Below are positions 1 to 5,550 of a stretch of 64,000 bases of DNA, one piece after another (within the stretch, counting starts at the first letter, position 1; the number at the start of each line of letters is the position of its first letter). The DNA is taken from the IMG/VR virus record IMGVR_UViG_3300044946_000048, positions 24,620 through 88,619 of that record. The stretch is one strand, 5' to 3'. The notes beneath the pieces are model-generated. The model was not told the origin of the DNA, ran no database searches, and was given only the letters and a program-made list of their open reading frames with translations. A program made the translations under genes and the position numbers. The stretch comes from a virus.

Positions 1-252
1 GACTATCATCCGTCTTTGCCCTTAACCCGGCTATCGTCGCGCTAGACGCGCTCCAGCCCTATTTAAGGTTGCTCCAAGAGTGGAGTGCCCAGACTTGAAT
101 GACAATGCTATGAGAACAGAGGCCCGAAGGCTTGTATGAGAAGCATTGTACCTGGCCTTACCCGTCCGCTTACGCGGCCCGCAACTTCCACGGCTCTTTG
201 TCTAGTGGAGTCCTGAACTTACCTCGGTTTCCCGCGATAGTCTAGTTTACCA
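1..252 (-). ncRNA. rnpB: RNase P RNA, reduced type-A-like, 3' end beyond the window edge
   Basis: Minus strand folds into the RNase P core: P2 GACUAUC/GAUAGUC (236-242 with 1-7), P3 CGG-GAAA-CCG, CR-I-like GAGGUAAGUUCAGG (212-225), P5 CUCC/GGAG, P6 CUAGAC/GUCUAG, P7 AAGAG/CUCUU, P8, P9, GGAGCAA-P15-AAUAG, L15 GGGU and J15/2 AGACGGAU. Confidence 0.85.
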
Positions 253-798
253 TTAAGACTTATCTAAACCGCCCAATCCTGTTGAGCCGCCAGTAAGAAA
301 ATTCATCAATGTGTCTACTACTGCTTCCGAATCCGAAACATCCATCTGCTGGCATGTTTGAAATCTATCGTCTGCCCCAACCGTGATGTCGCTCTCCGGT
401 CCAATGAAACCATAATACACGTGGCCTAACTTCTCGTCAACAGTTAAAATTCCAATGATGCGATTACCTAGCCGAGCGCCATTTATTACTAGGTTATGCT
501 TTTCATAAACCGTCGCGGCGCTGAACGGGATTATGCCGTCTTTTGTTTTCGGCTCTTCCTTGTAACTGAACACTACCGGGTTATCTTCCTTCTTAACCGT
601 GGTCGCATCCGTCAAGAAATCTCCGAATGTAGCAGTCGTTCGCTCTGCATTCAACACCATGTGAATGACAGTAAAATCCCGCGAACCACAACTTGCGATA
701 TTATACTCAACAACAGGCTTCGGCTCGGGTTGCTGTGGCATAACTGGTGTTGCCAGCGCCAACATAACTCCGAGGATTATGGCACGGATCGCTTTCAT
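253..798 (-). CDS. exported hypothetical protein
   Basis: ORF begins MKAIRAIILGVMLALATP, which looks like a signal peptide; AGGA precedes the ATG at 798. Confidence 0.7.
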   Translation of the reverse strand: MKAIRAIILGVMLALATPVMPQQPEPKPVVEYNIASCGSRDFTVIHMVLNAERTTATFGDFLTDATTVKKEDNPVVFSYKEEPKTKDGIIPFSAATVYEKHNLVINGARLGNRIIGILTVDEKLGHVYYGFIGPESDITVGADDRFQTCQQMDVSDSEAVVDTLMNFLTGGSTGLGGLDKS

Positions 799-893
799 GT
801 TGCATCCTAAGAGCACCTGATATACAAGGCATTAGTGCTCTGCCGCCTACAAACGCCTAGTAAACTAGGCACGTAGTCCCCTGCTCGGTAAAC

Positions 894-969
894 TGGAAGG
901 CACACTCGGAATCGAACCGAGAATCTACTCTTTAGGAAAGAGTCGCATTGTCCCTTGTGCTATGCGCCC
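894..969 (-). tRNA. tRNA-Arg(CCT)
   Basis: Cloverleaf, anticodon loop TT-CCT-AA, TTCGA T-loop, encoded CCA. Confidence 0.93.
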
Positions 970-977
970 ATAAAACT

Positions 978-1052
978 TGGAGGGCCGTCCCGGAATTGAA
1001 CCGAGGTCTCTTCGTTAGAAGCGAAGCGCACTGTCCGTTGTACGAACAGCCC
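978..1052 (-). tRNA. tRNA-Arg(TCT)
   Basis: Cloverleaf, loop CT-TCT-AA, encoded CCA. Confidence 0.93.
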
Positions 1053-1058
1053 TTAAAC

Positions 1059-1132
1059 TGGCAGACCGTGGATGAATCGAACACCCGCTTCTTGATTTGG
1101 AGGCAAGAAGACTACCACTATCTTAACAGCCT
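1059..1132 (-). tRNA. tRNA-Trp(CCA)
   Basis: Cloverleaf, loop CT-CCA-AA, G73, encoded CCA; one anticodon-stem mismatch. Confidence 0.88.
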
Positions 1133-1139
1133 GCGAAAC

Positions 1140-1490
1140 TTATTTGATTCCTAATTTCTTCAGCAACAAGTAATTCTTGATTGCGTAATATGCTTCCCCG
1201 GCTGCAACGACTCCGGAATAAATCATACCAGCTAACCAGACCTTGCTGCCTATAAGCAATCCGATGAATAGATACGCCGCGCCGCTCAACCAGGTTGCGA
1301 ACGACTGTCCAACCTTACTAAACAGCCAACGCATTATCGGATTGCCTTCAACAAAACCCTTATTAGCCCCGAGGCCAATCATCGTAGTAATACCGTCACC
1401 GATGATTGCTAGCAAGCCGAGAACTAAAACACCGAACAGCGCTAACCACGGACCCGCTGGCACAGACATACCGATTGGTGTAATCATCAT
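1140..1490 (-). CDS. DUF5658-like membrane protein
   Basis: Hydrophobic helices with a D-x-x-TT...G...E-G-N-P motif. Confidence 0.7.
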   Translation of the reverse strand: MMITPIGMSVPAGPWLALFGVLVLGLLAIIGDGITTMIGLGANKGFVEGNPIMRWLFSKVGQSFATWLSGAAYLFIGLLIGSKVWLAGMIYSGVVAAGEAYYAIKNYLLLKKLGIK

Positions 1491-1663
1491 GCCTCGCTCA
1501 GAAATTGTTCACATATTGCCCATGCGGACTTCATCATCCAAGCACGAGCATTGTTGATTCGAACTCGCTCTCCGGTTCTTGCATCGAACACGGTCAACGT
1601 AATCTTCGGTGGAAGATTGAGCCGATAACCAGAAAACGTTCGTTCAACTATTCTATCTCTCAT
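1487..1663 (-). CDS. small hypothetical protein (58 aa)
   Basis: ATG 5 nt after the tRNA-Gly CCA; its stop overlaps the next start (ATGA). Confidence 0.55.
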   Translation of the reverse strand: MRDRIVERTFSGYRLNLPPKITLTVFDARTGERVRINNARAWMMKSAWAICEQFLSEA

Positions 1664-1668
1664 AAAAT

Positions 1669-1743
1669 TGGAGCGGGACATCGGATTCGAACCGACCCTC
1701 TCAGTTTGGAAGACTAATGTGCTACCACTAACACTAGTCCCGC
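1669..1743 (-). tRNA. tRNA-Gly(TCC)
   Basis: Cloverleaf, loop CT-TCC-AA, U73, CCA. Confidence 0.94.
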
Positions 1744-1752
1744 TTTGAAACT

Positions 1753-1826
1753 TGGAGCGACGTGCGGTAATCGAAACCGCGCCTAGTGCTTGGCAAGCAC
1801 TCGTTCTACCACTATACCAACATCGC
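1753..1826 (-). tRNA. tRNA-Gly(GCC)
   Basis: Cloverleaf, loop TT-GCC-AA, U73, CCA. Confidence 0.93.
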
Positions 1827-2271
1827 TCGGAACTTTTTCTCTCGTATAGTGCTGGCACTCTTTACATAGAGTATGATATCCAGACCAGTGAGAAGAATTT
1901 TTACTAAACTGCACCGTTGGGAGAAACTTCTTATGTCTATTGCACCAACTCATTCCTGACGGGCATTTAATTCTCAATTTCGAGAACTGCCCGTCTGGAC
2001 CTGCTGGACGATCAGGCCTGTTACACCAAGTATGAGAAAATGCAATATTCTCCAAATCCCAAAATAATTTTGTGTCTACGTGCAGCCAAGGTTTCTTATG
2101 TTCTATTGTAAGGTCTTCGACCTTCACTATCTTAGACGTACACTTAAAACAAACATCTTCGTTTAACTTTTGAAGACACCTAAACAAAAGTATCTTTTTA
2201 AGTCTCCCCGAGGCTGTACCCCAAGGCATTCCTAGCTGTGATGCCTTCACAGCATTTGAAGTTCCTGACAT
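1783..2271 (-). CDS. HNH-type homing endonuclease inserted in the tRNA array
   Basis: CFKC...TIEHKKPW...NIAFSHTWCN motif plus a C-terminal Cys cluster; AT-rich; GGAAGG precedes the ATG at 2271; stop lies inside tRNA-Gly(GCC). Confidence 0.75.
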   Translation of the reverse strand: MSGTSNAVKASQLGMPWGTASGRLKKILLFRCLQKLNEDVCFKCTSKIVKVEDLTIEHKKPWLHVDTKLFWDLENIAFSHTWCNRPDRPAGPDGQFSKLRIKCPSGMSWCNRHKKFLPTVQFSKNSSHWSGYHTLCKECQHYTREKVPSDVGIVVERVLAKH

Positions 2272-2293
2272 GGATACCTTCCTGTCTTTAACT

Positions 2294-2366
2294 TGCGCCA
2301 AATGGGAGTCGAACCCAATATCACTAGTTTATGAGGCTAGTATGATTATCCGTTTCACTCTGCCGC
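2294..2366 (-). tRNA. tRNA-CAT (Met or Ile2) with degenerate 3' end
   Basis: D, anticodon (CT-CAT-AA) and T arms present; acceptor has a G:G mismatch; no encoded CCA. Confidence 0.75.
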
Positions 2367-2371
2367 AAACT

Positions 2372-2447
2372 TGGTCGCTCTGGTTGGAATCGAACCAACT
2401 ATGCACGGTTTATGAGACCGCTGCCTCATCCGGCTAGCTTCAAAGCG
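2372..2447 (-). tRNA. tRNA-Met(CAT)
   Basis: Cloverleaf, loop CT-CAT-AA, A73, CCA. Confidence 0.9.
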
Positions 2448-2453
2448 AAAACT

Positions 2454-2537
2454 TGGTACCCCGCGAGAGATTTGAACTCCCATGACCGAAGTCGCCGCGT
2501 TCTAAGCGCGGTGTGTCTGCCGTTCCACCAGCAGGGC
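2454..2537 (-). tRNA. tRNA-Leu(TAG)
   Basis: Long variable arm, loop CT-TAG-AA, A73, CCA. Confidence 0.94.
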
Positions 2538-2543
2538 ATAAAA

Positions 2544-2645
2544 TCAATTCCAGAACAAACTAATTTGAAACTTTAAATCTTTTACAAACCAGGCGACAAG
2601 TATTGTGATGAATACTACGCCACCGATGACTTCAAATATGTTCAT
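2544..2645 (-). CDS. putative 33-aa membrane peptide
   Basis: MNIFEVIGGVVFITILVAWFVKDLKFQISLFWN fills almost the whole gap between two tRNAs. Confidence 0.5.
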   Translation of the reverse strand: MNIFEVIGGVVFITILVAWFVKDLKFQISLFWN

Positions 2646-2649
2646 AAAC

Positions 2650-2723
2650 TGGTACTCGGTGGGAGACTCGAACTCCCTTTGCTGGATTGAAAGTCCAACG
2701 TATTACCCATATACGAACTGAGC
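2650..2723 (-). tRNA. tRNA-Glu(TTC)
   Basis: Cloverleaf, loop CT-TTC-AA, CCA. Confidence 0.93.
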
Positions 2724-2729
2724 AAAATC

Positions 2730-2811
2730 TTGAGCCCTTGCTTTCCTTACAGTCCGGCAAGTTAGCATTCAGCCGCAATCGTGTAAGCGACGTGCTGAAG
2801 CCTCGGCTCAA
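2730..2811 (-). ncRNA. three-way-junction RNA with kissing loops (copy A)
   Basis: Closing stem UUGAGCC/GGCUCAA; two hairpins whose loops contain the complementary CUUACA and UGUAAG. Confidence 0.65.
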
Positions 2812-2824
2812 ACTCAAATAAACT

Positions 2825-2898
2825 TGGTACCCGGAAGCGGAATCGAACCGCTGCTACATCCGTGAGAGGGATGCGTCCTACCGTTAAACGATCTGGGC
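2825..2898 (-). tRNA. tRNA-Glu(CTC)
   Basis: Cloverleaf, loop CT-CTC-AC, CCA. Confidence 0.93.
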
Positions 2899-2900
2899 AC

Positions 2901-2930
2901 TGGCGGGCTCCGCCTTTCGACTCGGCCCGT
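2901..2930 (-). ncRNA. CCA-terminated mini-hairpin
   Basis: ACGGGCCGAGUC-GAAA-GGCGGAGCCCG-CCA, located between two tRNAs. Confidence 0.5.
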
Positions 2931-2935
2931 GAAAC

Positions 2936-3013
2936 TGGCGGAATGGATGGGATTCGAACCCACGATAATCTGTCGTGACAGGACAGTGCCATTGGCCGCT
3001 AGGCGACCACTCC
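2936..3013 (-). tRNA. tRNA-Asp(GTC)
   Basis: Cloverleaf, loop CT-GTC-AC, G73, CCA. Confidence 0.94.
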
Positions 3014-3022
3014 GTATAAAAT

Positions 3023-3097
3023 TGGAGCTAAGTGATGGAAATCGAACCATCGTTTCAGCTTTACCAAAGCTGCGTCTTACCATTAGACGAACCAAGC
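3023..3097 (-). tRNA. tRNA-Thr(GGT)
   Basis: Cloverleaf, loop TT-GGT-AA, CCA. Confidence 0.9.
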
Positions 3098-3101
3098 AAA
3101 C

Positions 3102-3175
3102 TGGAGCCAAGTAAAGGAATTGAACCTTTCTTTGTGGTTTACGAAACCACCGTATTACCGCTATACGAACAAGGC
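3102..3175 (-). tRNA. tRNA-Thr(CGT)
   Basis: Cloverleaf, loop TT-CGT-AA, CCA. Confidence 0.92.
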
Positions 3176-3183
3176 ATAAACTC

Positions 3184-3259
3184 TGGAGCACCGCATTCGA
3201 TTCGAACGAATGTGACGAAGGTACAAGCTTCGTATACTAGACCGCTATATGAGCAGTGC
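3184..3259 (-). tRNA. tRNA-Thr(TGT)
   Basis: Cloverleaf, loop CT-TGT-AC, CCA. Confidence 0.92.
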
Positions 3260-3269
3260 TCGAAACTAA

Positions 3270-3405
3270 TTCCAGGCAACAATCGCGTCGAGAGTCTCTT
3301 GAAGAGGGAGTCGAACCCTGCGCCCGATTTTACTCGGGCACCCAGACCATCCTGGCTATCCCCACGTGGCGGGGATAGAAGTATCTCAAAACTACGGCAC
3401 TGGAA
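3270..3405 (-). ncRNA. Y RNA-like RNA with tRNA-like domain
   Basis: Terminal stem UUCCAG/CUGGAA; shares UGCCGUAG...UACUUC...UUGUUGCC with the RNAs upstream of Ro60; internal D-like arm and AGGG-UUCGACU-CCCU T arm. Confidence 0.75.
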
Positions 3406-3412
3406 AATTGTA

Positions 3413-3508
3413 AGTCGCAGGGCAACAGGCGCATCAGGATAGTGTGGGGATTTCACCCACGTTCCTTTTAGGCAAAGAAGTAACCCGACACTAACGGCAC
3501 CTACGACT
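3413..3508 (-). ncRNA. Y RNA-like RNA (short)
   Basis: Terminal stem AGUCGUAG/CUGCGACU; UGCCGUUAG...GGUUACUUC...CUGUUGCC motif; one T-arm-like hairpin GUGGG-UGAAAUC-CCCAC. Confidence 0.72.
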
Positions 3509-3513
3509 AAAAT

Positions 3514-3589
3514 TGGCTGTGTCCCTCGGATTCGAACCGAGACCCTAGGCATTAACAGTGCCCTATCATACCAGTTAGACCAGAACACA
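3514..3589 (-). tRNA. tRNA-Asn(GTT)
   Basis: Cloverleaf, loop CT-GTT-AA, G73, CCA. Confidence 0.93.
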
Positions 3590-3599
3590 ACGTAAACTT

Positions 3600-3674
3600 T
3601 GGAGGCCCCACTCGGATTCAAACCGAGGTTAACGGTTTCGAAGACCGTAGTCCTATTCGCTGAACGATAGAGCC
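3600..3674 (-). tRNA. tRNA-Arg(TCG)
   Basis: Cloverleaf, loop CT-TCG-AA, CCA. Confidence 0.92.
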
Positions 3675-3679
3675 AAACT

Positions 3680-3754
3680 TGGAGGACCGTCGGGGAGTCG
3701 AACCCCGCTCCTGGCGTTCGTAGCGCCATGCATTGTCCGATATACGAACAGTCC
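3680..3754 (-). tRNA. tRNA-Arg(ACG)
   Basis: Cloverleaf, loop CT-ACG-AA, CCA. Confidence 0.92.
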
Positions 3755-3765
3755 GCAAAAATTAA

Positions 3766-3838
3766 TTGAACGCATTCTCCGTCGTAACACAGAGACACAG
3801 GCACGAAGGTTACGATGTTCGTGTCGCCTTACGTTCAA
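3766..3838 (-). ncRNA. three-way-junction RNA with kissing loops (copy B)
   Basis: Closing stem UUGAACGU/GCGUUCAA; loops contain the complementary CGUAAC and GUUACG; CCUGUG between the two hairpins. Confidence 0.65.
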
Positions 3839-3841
3839 AAT

Positions 3842-3917
3842 TGGTAGCCCGTAAGAGAATCGAACTCTTCCGGTCTGGGTGTAAACCAGATGCATACGAC
3901 CAGTTTGCTAACAGGCT
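3842..3917 (-). tRNA. tRNA-Val(TAC)
   Basis: Cloverleaf, loop TT-TAC-AC, A73, CCA. Confidence 0.92.
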
Positions 3918-3982
3918 ACAGAAAATAGCGGCGTACTGCGATACAGGGCTTTCAACCTGCATACGAATTTTGCCGCGAAATT

Positions 3983-4056
3983 TGGTGGACCGTGGGGGAG
4001 TCGGACCCCCAACGCTTCGGTGCAAGCGAAGCAGTATCCCATTTACCTAACAGCCC
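3983..4056 (-). tRNA. tRNA-Ala(TGC)
   Basis: Loop CT-TGC-AC, G3:U70 pair, A73, CCA. Confidence 0.92.
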
Positions 4057-4063
4057 ATAAAAT

Positions 4064-4138
4064 TGGTTCCCAGGGATGGAGTCGAACCATCGGCCTCTTC
4101 TTTATCAGAGAAGCATTCTGCCGCTGAACTACCCGGAA
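4064..4138 (-). tRNA. tRNA-Ile(GAT)
   Basis: Cloverleaf, loop CT-GAT-AA, CCA. Confidence 0.93.
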
Positions 4139-4145
4139 ACGAAAC

Positions 4146-4235
4146 TGGTGGAAGCGAAAGGATTCGAACCTTTTAGTGCCGCAAGGGCATTCTGTTTTAC
4201 AGACAGACACGACCCGCCGTCTTCGCCGCACTTCC
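4146..4235 (-). tRNA. tRNA-Tyr(GTA)
   Basis: Long variable arm, loop CT-GTA-AA, CCA. Confidence 0.92.
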
Positions 4236-4248
4236 ACTGAAACTTGTC

Positions 4249-4337
4249 TGGGAACCGACGGGGGATTCTCCCGTCCCATCCTACGGGCCGCTAGCAGGTA
4301 TCCGTAAGCATTCAATCTATCTCGAACTGCGTTCCCA
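4249..4337 (-). ncRNA. cloverleaf-like RNA without CCA or canonical anticodon
   Basis: 7-bp closing stem UGGGAAC/GUUCCCA enclosing three hairpins; the last is T-arm-like (GACGGG-AGAAUCC-CCCGUC). Confidence 0.55.
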
Positions 4338-4344
4338 CGAAACT

Positions 4345-4419
4345 TGGTACCCCGACCGAGACTCGAACTCGGACATTCTCCTTAAAAGGGAGTATTGCTG
4401 CCACTCGCATCCTCAGGGT
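4345..4419 (-). tRNA. tRNA-Lys(TTT)
   Basis: Loop CT-TTT-AA, T arm, CCA; atypical D arm. Confidence 0.88.
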
Positions 4420-4537
4420 GTAAAATCTGTTCTAAAGATATCTTCCCTCTATCGAATTCCAATGTCCTTTGTCTTACAATGGTGTGGGCCTTAACTGCGT
4501 TCCTACGTGCTGCTTCACTATGTTTAACCGATCTCAT
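4382..4537 (-). pseudogene. 51-aa ORF, possible homing endonuclease remnant
   Basis: GGAGG precedes the ATG; MRSVKHSEAARRN...KISLEQIL recalls phage HNH N-termini; ends inside tRNA-Lys. Confidence 0.4.
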
Positions 4538-4601
4538 ATACCCTCCCTAAAGGGTAGTCCGGGGTGTTAGGGCACCCCGAACCCGATGTAGCTACAAACT
4601 T

Positions 4602-4677
4602 TGGTGCGCCTACTCGGACTTGAACCGAGACCTTACCGGGTAAGAACCGGAGATTCTGCCACTCGAAATCCAGGCAC
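4602..4677 (-). tRNA. tRNA-Lys(CTT)
   Basis: Loop TT-CTT-AC, T arm, CCA. Confidence 0.9.
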
Positions 4678-4687
4678 ACTGAAAACT

Positions 4688-4773
4688 TGGTGCGGCTGGC
4701 AGGATTCGGACCTGCACGCTCGTTGGAGCACGGGGGTTTAAGTCCCGCTTGTCTTCCATTCCATCACAACCGC
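4688..4773 (-). tRNA. tRNA-Leu(TAA)
   Basis: Long variable arm, loop CT-TAA-AC, CCA. Confidence 0.9.
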
Positions 4774-4777
4774 AAAT

Positions 4778-4851
4778 TGGTCGTCGGTGAGTGAATCGAA
4801 CACTCGTCAAGCCCTTATAAGGAGGCCATTCTGCCATTGAACTAACCGACA
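4778..4851 (-). tRNA. tRNA-Ile(TAT)
   Basis: Loop CT-TAT-AA, A73, CCA; weak anticodon stem. Confidence 0.8.
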
Positions 4852-4859
4852 AAAATCAA

Positions 4860-4942
4860 TGGGGCCTAGGCCGAGCTTTAAAAGGCTGGACCATGGAGCA
4901 GAAAGGTTCTCACGCCAGTGTGCTCTTAGTGAGAAGACCCCA
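4860..4942 (-). ncRNA. structured RNA with possible pseudoknot
   Basis: Closing stem UGGGGUCU/AGGCCCCA; hairpin UCUCAC/GUGAGA whose loop GAGCA can pair with downstream UGCUC. Confidence 0.5.
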
Positions 4943-4946
4943 AACT

Positions 4947-5017
4947 TGGTGCGGCCTCATCGAAACCGAACATTCGAATCGTTAAACCGACAATACTATC
5001 TGGCGATTGTCAGCCGC
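4947..5017 (-). ncRNA. CCA-terminated tRNA-like RNA lacking an anticodon arm
   Basis: Acceptor-like GCGGCU/GGCCGC-ACCA with only two internal hairpins (GACAAU/AUUGUC and UCGAA/UUCGA). Confidence 0.55.
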
Positions 5018-5115
5018 AAATCTTTTAGTCATTTTAGTCGGGCGGCTGGTTCACCGTGTCGGTAGCTAACCTAATTTCCCGATTCGTACGTACTTTCCAG
5101 CCCGCACTCTAAACT

Positions 5116-5199
5116 TGGTCCGCCGCAAAGGATTTGAACCTTTACACCCGAAGGCGCTCGCTCTTGAGGCGAGTGCGTCTGCCGTTCCGCCAGCAGCGG
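5116..5199 (-). tRNA. tRNA-Leu(CAA)
   Basis: Long variable arm, loop CT-CAA-GA, CCA. Confidence 0.94.
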
Positions 5200-5267
5200 A
5201 TAATATTTTATGGAGCTTGTCGATGCTCCTGAACGAGGGCAGTTTTTATTCGTGCCCAGAGGAAACT

Positions 5268-5342
5268 TGGTCCTGAACCAGAGAGTCGAACTCCGTACGC
5301 CACCCTCTTCAGGGGTGCGCTCTACCGATGAGCTAGATCAGG
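5268..5342 (-). tRNA. tRNA-Phe(GAA)
   Basis: Cloverleaf, loop CT-GAA-GA, CCA. Confidence 0.94.
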
Positions 5343-5456
5343 ATAAACTTTTCAAACAAGAGCGTAGTGCCTTAACCCGTTTGCTACGCCTTGTTCGCGC
5401 TGCATATAAGTTACTGCTCTGACTACTCACTGCATTCGGAGGGTTCCTCCGAAACT

Positions 5457-5532
5457 TGGGGTTGACGCTCGGACTCGAACCGAGACAGATTCCTTCACAG
5501 GGAGCCGTGCTAACCATTACACTACATCGACC
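5457..5532 (-). tRNA. tRNA-His(GTG)
   Basis: Loop CT-GTG-AA, G-1 and C73, CCA. Confidence 0.93.
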
Positions 5533-5550
5533 ATTGAGCCCGACTTAATG

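Noticed and set aside
811-888. Two hairpins upstream of the exported-protein gene as a riboswitch
   Set aside because: Stems are present but I recognise no aptamer motif; support is too weak to call.
2454-2537. Possible suppressor tRNA or stop-codon recoding
   Set aside because: TAG and TAA anticodons here are leucine tRNAs with long variable arms; conserved genes are intact in the standard code and use all three stops.
2591-2624. Hairpin resembling a fifth Y RNA (GGUGGCGUAG...UACUUGUCGCC)
   Set aside because: Lacks the CCG and UACUUC motifs and lies inside a plausible 33-aa membrane-peptide ORF.
948-5422. Many ORF-track entries across the tRNA array
   Set aside because: They are chance open frames through tRNA genes, with no ribosome-binding sites or protein motifs.
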